Part shown: positions 54,465 through 64,000 of the stretch, one piece after another
Layout of the letters: every line of letters begins with the position of its first letter
Numbering within the stretch: position 1 is the stretch's first letter
Origin: Octopus sinensis
Lineage: Eukaryota
Direction: 5' to 3'
Assembly: GCF_006345805.1 (NCBI RefSeq)
Contig: NC_043015.1
Location: forward strand, 8,928,001-8,992,000
Length of the DNA: 64,000 nucleotides
Position numbers and translations under genes: made by a program
The notes under the pieces: generated by a model
What the model was told of the DNA's origin: nothing
Database searches by the model: none
The model's input: only the letters and a program-made list of their open reading frames with translations

Positions 54465-55558
54465 AAGATACATACATATATATATATATTTATATGTATG
54501 TATGTAAGTATACATAGACACACCCATGTACACACACACACGCGTATGTACACCAACTCTGCGGCGTGGAATTCCAATTAATAATTCAATAGTGGTGTTG
54601 GTAGTAGTAATAGTAGTAGTAATAGTAGTTGTAGCCGTAGTAGTAGTAGTTGTTGTTGGTAGTGTTGTTGTTATTGTTATTGCCGTCGTTGTAATGTTGT
54701 TTTTGGTTATGGGGATGATGGTATTAATACGTAGCAACATTCGTAGCAGTATCTCTGATGCGAGCATCAGTTTTAACATTTATTGTAGTAAAAGAGTACT
54801 CATAAAATGGAAAACCGTATATTTTGACATATACTACTGCCCTATATATTTTCAGTAAATTTTTACACGCATTTTCTCTTTATTTTCCTCTGTGTTCGGT
54901 GTGCCTGAATGTTGCCTGGTGATTATAAACCTTTTTTCAAGACTTATTCATTGGTACAAATGTATTTTTTTAATAACTGTGAGTTGCGATTCATGCACAT
55001 CAAATCATAATGAAGTTATCAAACTTCTATATCTTCACATATGTCAATTGTATTAGAGGATATTATCACACACAATGGGAAAACAATAAATCGAAACTAA
55101 CTTTTAGGAAACCAATGTGTTACCGTTTGCTCTTTATAATACAACCAATATAATCTTAATGTTTGAATGAGAGAATTGAAATGAGAATCGTAAGGACAGG
55201 GCACGAGTTTTAACTTATTGAATTAATGTCGCTTCAAGTGAAGGGAAAATTACACCCGGATAGATCTTCATTCTGCTCTTGCCAGTGGCAATTTAATGCA
55301 AATTATTCGGATATTGACGAGTAAATCTAATCTAACACAGCCTTGCAATAAACTTTTCTCGTTATATGAAAATAAACTTGTGATTTACATATAACATTAC
55401 TTGTAACACCATAACGTCTCCCCTAAGATTTCCTCATCCTTTTGTACTTTTAAGTTTTTCTTTTCTCTCTGTATGTATGCCTGTATATATATGTATTGTA
55501 TATCAAAACCAAGCAGTTTTATTTGTTTATTCGTATAACTATACCTCCCTCCGTCCCC

Positions 55559-55590
<32 letters not shown>

Positions 55591-55669
55591 TTCGTTCCCT
55601 AACTGTTCCTCTCTATACATTGCTCTCTCTCAATCCCCCCATCTCTCTCTCTAGATGAATAATCCAGGC

Positions 55670-56420
55670 GGCCACTGTAATAGCTTTCAGGTATATTCAA
55701 GCTTCCGACTAATCAATTTGAATAGTAAGATGGGTAAAACCGTTTCTGGTTCGGCAGATTATGAAGATATTATTATATCGCAGACTTGGAAGGAAAAATT
55801 AAAAATAGATATAACAACCATCTTTCGAATTGTAGGTACCGTGATAAAACACATTCAACAAAACTTTCATCTTTCGTTGAACATTTAAACACGAAGAGGC
55901 CAGTTTTGATATCAAGGATATCATATGAAAGATCGTCTCCAAAACACGGCTCTATATTAACAAGTCTAAATACATATTCAGAATATTCTTTTGAAAAACT
56001 GTATCTTGAAAAAGTTGAGAACATTCAACGCATATATAAACTCGAGACACAAGATTTTTCTATATCTCCCAATTTCCGGAAATACATCTTAACGGAATTT
56101 AAAAGTAGACCACTGTACACTTAATAAACAAATAACAATGTTTTACATCTGCTTCATATCGAATTATTTTAAGGTTGGTTATCTCCTCTTGTGTGTTTCG
56201 CCCCGTCTTTTTCTTTATGACCGTCTCTTGCTCAAATGTAATCTGCTCAAATACCACTGATCGACAGTCTAGTTTTCGGCTCGAAAAATGTCGGAATAAA
56301 TCAACATTTTAATCAGGAAACCCAGGGTAGCTTTATTTACAAGATTTCTTTTTTTTTCTTATTTATTTTCAGATTTTCGTTATACTCTTAGATAACCGAG
56401 TCATTTATTACGGAATAATA
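55670..56420 (+). mobile_element. PLE 3' remnant: GIY-YIG endonuclease, degenerate hammerhead and tail
   Basis: GHCNSFQVYSS..YYIADLEGKIKNRYNNHLSNCRYRDKTHSTKLSSF. Then CTGATCGA C AGTC..GGCT C GAAA..GTC GG at 56257-56294. Ends at (TATC)n. Confidence 0.7.
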
Positions 56421-56460
56421 TACATATCTATATGTATCTGTACATCTATGTATCTATCTA

Positions 56461-56551
<91 letters not shown>

Positions 56552-56587
56552 TATCTATCTATCTACCTATCTATCTATCTATCTATC

Positions 56588-56645
<58 letters not shown>

Positions 56646-57947
56646 ATATGAATGTATATGAGTATGTGAGTGTGTATATACCTGCCTATATAGATATGTC
56701 TGATATGTGCAATGTTTATATGTGCATTGGAAATCTACTAGCTCGCATTTTGCTACAGACAAAATATAAGTTATCCTGGAAATGGGACTGGGTATATCTG
56801 CCTCTCAGAATATTTGATTCCAGCAAGCAGGTATCTCCTCATTTTTGTTATGATGTAATAACGATTGATTAAGTATTTGAAAGCAGGCAACATATACTTG
56901 TATTAAAGATTCTATCTTTAAGTCAGAATTTTAGAGTTCACCTTGATATTTAGTACAAAATAAGCATAATGTATCATTTAAATATCTATCTTTAAATATC
57001 TATACACATGCAGCAAATATTTCCCCAGGAAAAAATATCTATTTAACCATTGAAATTCCAAAATGTTGCGTAGTATTTCATAATGTTAATCTTGAATCAA
57101 ATTTATCCTTCAACAAATAATCTTTACTTATACATCTAATTTTTCAAGGATTTTAAATACAGTTCTTGCATCGTGATTAATATTCTAGTGAAAAAAAGTT
57201 AGGTATATTATTGCTTTTAAATTATATGTAACGCAACTTCGCCTATACTGAGATAGAGCAATGAGACAATTTATACGAAGCAGAAATATGTAAATGACTG
57301 AGTGCAATGCATGAAAAATAAAACAATATTTTAACCCGTCTTTGTTATAGCACGGATATTACACAGCGTGTGCGATAACATATAGAATGTCAGTAAATAC
57401 AAAATACAAGTTACGAAGTTTATATGGAAATTGCCGCTATCAATGCTTACACAAGCATTTAAATGGTTTTTAAATTACAAAATGTTTTAATGCAGCGTTT
57501 AAGCACGCTATCTTTGAGAATAGAAAACTGTGAACATGGAGGGAACTTCTTTAAAGTAAATCTTGTGGTGTTGAATAATAATATGTTTATACCTAAATTT
57601 GATGAAATTAAAACTGATACTAAGTAGAGGCCTGTAGGTATTGAAAAACATCCTGCATATAGGTCGATCCTGTGTTTCCGCTTGATAACAATGAAACACT
57701 AATCGTTCGCTTCCAAATGTATCGTTATAACTTAATTATAAGTAATTATAAATGACGCAGGCATTTTATTCCATGTTATGTCGAACATGACTAAATCTAT
57801 ATGTTTTAAAATGATATATTGTGACATGTGTGTTTACTCTCATTAACAACAAAACTGGATGTTCGACTTAAACTCTACTTGAAAGTCATGCACTAAATTT
57901 CTTCCACGAATTATCTTCATCTTCCTTATCAATATGATTACTACTAA

Positions 57948-57949
<2 letters not shown>

Positions 57950-58012
<63 letters not shown>

Positions 58013-58668
58013 TATTATTATTATTATTATTATATTATATTAATATTATTACTATTATTTTATTAATTATTATTATTATTATTATTATTATTATTGCTGT
58101 TATTATTATCATTATTACTATTATTATTATTATTGCTATTGTTGCTGTTATTATTATTTGGTGTGAGAGAGCAGTTCATGCCATCAAAGTGACACTGGGG
58201 TAAAATATACGAAGCCCAATATACCCATCATGACTACCCGTCTGATAAAGGTACACCAGGCACATGCATCACAACCATATGTGCGCGACATGGTGATCTC
58301 ATATCAAGATAAACAGCACATGACCTTGCAGGTGGGGCCCAGTTAGAATTTTCTTCAGGTTGAGTAGCCCATCCCGCTCAAACGGTCCCTGAATAAGGGT
58401 TGTTTAAGGATGTTGAAAGAACCACCCATGTTTCCAGAGGTGAACTATTCAAACCCCAAAGAATCCCTCTCAACACATGGCTATGATGCTCCCCCACTAC
58501 TTCTGCTCGTGATCAGAGATGCACATATCTTCAGCCACTAAGGGACATGCTCAACTGGTTAAGGTCAAACAACTGACAAGCAAATCTGTGGTATTGAGCA
58601 GAATATTTGCTGTAGCCCATCTTTTATACCAATTGTTATTGTTATTGTTATTATTATTATTATTATCG

Positions 58669-58714
<46 letters not shown>

Positions 58715-58774
58715 CATTACTATTATTATTATTATTATCATTATTATTATTATTACTATTATTATTATTATTAC

Positions 58775-58825
<51 letters not shown>

Positions 58826-58847
58826 TTATTATCATTATTATTATTAT

Positions 58848-58879
<32 letters not shown>

Positions 58880-58900
58880 TTATTATTATTATTATTATTA

Positions 58901-58931
<31 letters not shown>

Positions 58932-59049
58932 AGTATTAATATTATTATTATTATTATTATTATCATTATTATTATCATTATTATTATTATTATTATATTA
59001 TTATTATATATTATTATTAATATTATTATTATTATTATTATTATTATAC

Positions 59050-59084
<35 letters not shown>

Positions 59085-59095
59085 ATGTTGTTATT
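57950..59095. repeat. Long (TAT)n tracts (57950-58158 and 58632-59095)
   Basis: Direct inspection. Confidence 0.95.
58158..58630 (-). mobile_element. Unclassified ~470-bp non-coding insert embedded in (TAA)n
   Basis: GC-richer, ORF-less segment bounded sharply by (TAT)n on both sides. Orientation inferred from the (TAA)n tail. Confidence 0.55.
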
Positions 59096-59646
59096 ATCTT
59101 TGTTTGGTACAGTTTCGGACTTATTCCTGGTAGGAATTATGTGCATTGCGGTTTACTACATGTAATCTTAGGTATCAGCAAGTTTTCAACAATCTTTCAC
59201 ACACACAATTAAATAAATAATAAATGATACACAAGTAGAACACACGTTATCCTACGCCAAACAATCAGTACTATATGGTGTCCTGATTTATCCATTCATT
59301 TGTTTATATATCTCGATATTTGATATCATTTTAACCAATATTTGAAAAGAAAACAGGACAAAATTGATTTTAACAGTCCGGAAATTGAGATTAGATGAGC
59401 AATTATTTATCTCATCTTTGTAACATAGCATATTTTAGATCTACATTCAAACAGAAAATGCTCATACAGATATTTGGCGATTCACTTTCAGCGAGAAAAA
59501 CAAATTAATCTCAAATATTATTTAAATTTGCTAAATAAAAACGTTTACTAAGTTTGGTAGACTAGCATTTTGTTCAAATGAAATTGACCGGAACTTTATA
59601 ATGACATTTCGATGTCGACAGAGCGCACAGGTAACATTGTCATCGA

Positions 59647-60510
59647 AAGGCGGTGAGCTGACAGAAACTTTAGCACGCCGGACGAAATGCTTAGCGGTGT
59701 TTCGTCTGCTGTTACGTTCTAAGTTCAAATTCCGCGAAGGTCGACAATGCCTTTCCTCCTATCGGAGTCGATAATTTAAGTACCAGTTACGCACTGGGGT
59801 CGATGCAATGATCTTAATCCTGTTACCTGTCCTTGTTTGTTCGATCTATGTTTAGCCCCTTGTGGGTAATAAGGAAAAAAAATGCTTTAGAACACGGGAA
59901 ATGCTTAGCGGTATTTCGTCGGCTGCTACGTTCTGAGTTCAAATTCCGCCGAGGTCGACTTTGCCTTTAATCCTTTCAGAGTCGATTAAATAAGTACCAG
60001 TTACGCACTGGGGTGGATATATTGGACTTAATCTTTTTGTCTGTCCTTGTTTGTCCTCTCTGTGTTTAGCCCCTTGTAGGTAGTAAAGAAATAGGTATTT
60101 CGTCTGCCGTTACGTTGTGAATTCAAATTCCAAGGGGGCGAGATGGCAGAAACGCTAGCACGCCGGGGGAAATGCTTAGCGGTATTTTGTCTGCCGCTCC
60201 GTTCTGAGTTCAAATTCCGCCGAAGTCGACTTTGCCTTTCATCCTTTCAGTGTCGATAAAATAAGTACCAGTTAAGCTCTGGGGTCGATGTAATCGACTC
60301 AATCCTTTTGTCTGTCCTTGTTTGGTCTCTCTGTGTTTAGCCCCTTGTGGGTAGTTAAGAAATACGTATTTCGTCTGTATTTACTTTCTGAGTTCCACTT
60401 CCGCCGAGGTCAACTTTGTTGTTTTTCCTTTCGGGCTTGATAAATTGCGTACTGCCTTCGATCTAATCGACTGGCCCCTTCCTCCAAAATTTCTGGCATT
60501 GTACCTAGAG
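59647..60510 (+). mobile_element. Head-to-tail array of about 5 family A SINE units
   Basis: Units start at ~59647, 59895, 60093, 60135 and 60363, several of them 5'-truncated. Confidence 0.9.
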
Positions 60511-61766
60511 TAGAAAATAATATTTTGTCTTTAAAATTTTCCAAATCATGGTTACGTTTTCACTTCTAACAGTACTTGCTAATCGAGACAATTTCCTGCC
60601 AATTGTATGCCATGATTGTATTATTCTATTTCATTCCATATAATATATATAATACACAGATAAATGTACCATTAATATGAGGCCTGTTAAATGGCAAGAT
60701 CTATTTAAAACCCCATTTCCTCGGTGTACTTTTAGAAACCGCCTTCCTTTCCATTTTTCATTTTCATTTTGTATATGGAAATATAATGAGATAGCAATGC
60801 CTGCAACCCCGTCATTTCGTTGCAAAAACAGAGACGTAATATGGACATATTGATGGCTAAAGTCGAATATAAATTTTATGTAAATGGGCTAGGAGATTTG
60901 TGTTGCAAATTCGTATACTTCGACTTTTTCGCAGATTTGTACGCAATTAAAAGACCATTTTAAAATCAATATGCTTGCATATACTATATCCACAGACTTG
61001 TGGACACATTTATACTTCACATACTTTCCAATAATTGTCGGATATAAACGAGAATTGCAACACGTAACCTTCATATTGAATTTAAGTTCTGCATATTATT
61101 CCCAAAACGTCAGACTAAAAATATATTTTCCTATTATCAATGAATAGACTAAGAGAAGAAAAAAAAACAAAATAAAAAAGTCATACTTGAGAAATCATAG
61201 TTTTTCAGTGATTAATATTGAATGAATATACGAGAATTTTCAGTGAAGCAACCGATCGTCTCTCGATGATCTATTCCCCACCACAATTTAAGCTTAAATA
61301 TTTACACGGCTGAAAAGTTGTGAATGCATCACGTAGCAGTGTTTTATGAGATGAGTTTATGTAACATCGAGCATATATTTCTACCTCATTAAAATCTGTA
61401 ATTTAGTAATGGATGATAATCAATGGATCCGTTGAAGCGTATTTGAATATGACATGGATAAAACTTTTCTTCCCATATGCGCGTTTCCTTCTGCATTAAA
61501 ATGGACACGAATATGTTGTCATTACCAATGAAATACGGTGGTAAACATAAATATATTTTACATTTGTTTATACAGATATGTATTCATGTGCATATTTTAA
61601 CATTCTACCTTCGTTTCATTGTTTATCTCTCTCCCTTCACTCCCTTCACTCTCTTTTCTCCCTCCTTCTCTCCCTCTCTCTCGCATTCTCTTTGAGAGTA
61701 TATATAATGTGTGTGTGTATATGTATTAAATACATATATGTATATGTATGTTTATAAATATATATA

Positions 61767-61938
61767 GGCGCAGGAGTGGCTGTGTAGAAAGTAGCTTGCT
61801 TATCAACCACACGGTGCCGGGTTCATTCCCACTGCGTGGCACCTTGGGCAAGTGTCTTCTACTATAGACACGAGCCGACCAAAGCCTTGTGAGTGGATTT
61901 GGTAGAGCGAAACTGAAAGGAAGCCCGTCGTATATATG

Positions 61939-62003
<65 letters not shown>

Positions 62004-62212
62004 ATATGTTTGTGTGTTTGATTTTCTATCCCAACATCGCTTGACAACCGATGGTAGTGTGTTTATGTCCCCGTAACTTAGCGGTTTGGAAAAAGAGACC
62101 GATAGTATAAGAACTAGGCTTACAAAGAATAAGTCCTGGGGTCGATTTGCTCGACTAAAGGCGGTGCTCCAGCATGGCCACAATCGAATGACTGAAACAA
62201 GTAAAAGAGATA
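61767..62212 (+). mobile_element. SINE family B copy
   Basis: Homologous to 25166-25556. Confidence 0.9.
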
Positions 62213-62473
62213 ATGAGAAAGAGTATATAGACATATATATATATATACGTATATATATAATTATCTACGAGATAACACCATGCTGAAAGTAGCAGCCATG
62301 ATCTGACTCTAAAACCACCTTAATTGTCCATGTATCAACATAGAGAGAAAACAAAGAGATAAGATGAAGCTAGTAAAAAATTACTGGTTAATTCTAGATC
62401 CGGATTTCTGACTTTGCATTTATGAATGCTTTGCCTCGTCAGTAGAATACACACAGAATAAACATAAATACAT

Positions 62474-62518
<45 letters not shown>

Positions 62519-62712
62519 TAGTATATATATATATTATATATATATATATATAATAGTATATACAGCATACGATACTTACATATACCAACGTATACCCACA
62601 TATATATGAAGGTATGCATCAAGGCCAGTTCAAAATATCCGGCGCTTAATTTCGTGTGAGATATGGTCAAATTATCGCCACAGTAAATACAGTGACGAAA
62701 GTAATTTAAATT

Positions 62713-62814
62713 TATATAAATAAGGATAAGATCGTTAATTTAAAAGTTTTCCATGCTGACCACTTAATAAAATGTTTCCTTTTAATTTTTAAATTACCGA
62801 TCTTATCCTTATAT
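62713..62814. repeat. Small inverted repeat (~30-bp arms)
   Basis: TATAAATAAGGATAAGATCGTTAATTTAAAA versus TTTTAAATTACCGATCTTATCCTTATATA. Confidence 0.7.
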
Positions 62815-62989
62815 ACATATATATACACACACATGCACCCCCTGTATATACATACATGTTAGAAGTAAATAGACACACATGAAACATCGTTTTATGTTTA
62901 TTCTAACTTGTAACGTTTTATGATTCTTATATATATTTCAGATTCTATATGTGATTGTTTAATCATGCCTTGTACAAAAGAAGCATTGG

Positions 62990-63925
62990 AACCGTCTGAG
63001 TTACAAAGAGACCGTATTGTGGATCATTCTGAAGGGGCGTATAGTCAGCGTAAATAGCAAACAACTTAGTGATCACGCTTTCTCCACTTAATATGGTGCA
63101 ATACACAAGAGAGGGGAAGGAGTCCACATCCCCTTGTCCATGTCAACCAGGTTTCTCTGACAGGATCCTTCTCTTTTCTAAGAGAAGTGCGAGTGATAAT
63201 CCTGGTTTCAAGACCTCTGAAATAGCTGAGCAAGTTCCAGAACAGCTGGCAGGTATCTCCACAAACCTGGTTACTATGGCAGAGCAGGAGGTATTAAGCT
63301 ACATCTTTCACCAGCCAATATGAAGCGGAAAAAATATTGCAGCAGTGAGATGGTGTAAAGACCATTAGCAATTTGTGACACTCTCATATCCTCTGATGAG
63401 ACCATATTTGCTGTATTTCCTGACAGTGTTCGAGTGTGTGTCTTGAAACTTTGTGATCAAGAAATTGAGGTGAAAAGACTGCAGCCATCAATGAAGCACA
63501 GCAGTTGCTGGATTGTGAAGGAAAGATAAATTCAAATAAATATGTGTCCATATTGCAGAAAGGACTCCTTCGAAACATCTCCAGTGGTGAAATAATTAAA
63601 GAAGAAACTATATGTGGAATATGGGATTCCTTGTCACACGGTTAAAATACAACAAGATTTGTTAGAAAGGAATGGCATTAGAAAGTTTCCATAGTCAAGA
63701 CAGTCACCAGACGTGAACCCTATAGAATACCCTCGGGGCATAATGGACAGGACATTTCATAAACAGAAAAAGAAATCACCTTCAAAGCCAGATCTCTTGA
63801 AATTATTGCATGAAACGTAGCTAGAAATTCTTCAAGAAAATATTCACTCTCTGATCAGTAACATGCCTGATAGGGCACTTGCATTGAAAAATACAAATTG
63901 CATGTCTACTAAATATCAAATGTTC
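62990..63925 (+). mobile_element. Decayed Tc1 (DD34E) transposase
   Basis: SELQRDRIV, RYLHKPGYYGRAG, SDETIFAVFPDS, NSNKYVSILQKGLL, QSPDVNPIE and LISNMPDRA. Confidence 0.85.
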
Positions 63926-64000
63926 ACATTATAACAACTAAGAAATAATTTTAATGTATAATTTCAGATTTAAATGAATTTTAATTATTATAAGTCTATT

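Noticed and set aside
59647-60510. CRISPR-like or tRNA-gene array
   Set aside because: The units are ~200-bp SINE copies without unique spacers, in eukaryotic context, and without a complete cloverleaf.
63393-63403. CTGATGAGACC as a hammerhead core
   Set aside because: It encodes the SDET catalytic motif of the Tc1 transposase and has no stem II or GAAA.

Overview
AT-rich, microsatellite-dense animal genomic DNA. The SINE, LINE and LTR types point to an octopus or other cephalopod, which is an inference and not database-checked. I found no intact protein-coding gene. Most ORFs in the supplied track are microsatellite translations or decayed transposon fragments. Mobile elements: three tRNA-derived SINE families; a 5'-truncated R4/Dong-like RLE LINE sitting in (TAA)n; three decayed Gypsy LTR elements; hAT-like, maT (DD37D) and Tc1 transposase relics; a non-autonomous Helitron; a long-TIR MITE with TAACCC repeats; and several Penelope-like (PLE) GIY-YIG and N-terminal ORF relics. 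The most interesting signal is a recurrent architecture of short fold-back (inverted-duplication) elements anchored at (TA)n. Each carries a type I hammerhead ribozyme with a palindromic mini stem III. Intact-looking cores lie at 6214-6291 (-), 19154-19206 and 19715-19767 (+), and 39286-39328 (-), with several degenerate ones elsewhere. In each fold-back one arm keeps the catalytic core and the opposite arm has lost or mutated it. A candidate bidirectional promoter lies at about 22.1-22.2 kb, and a few candidate exons are unresolved.
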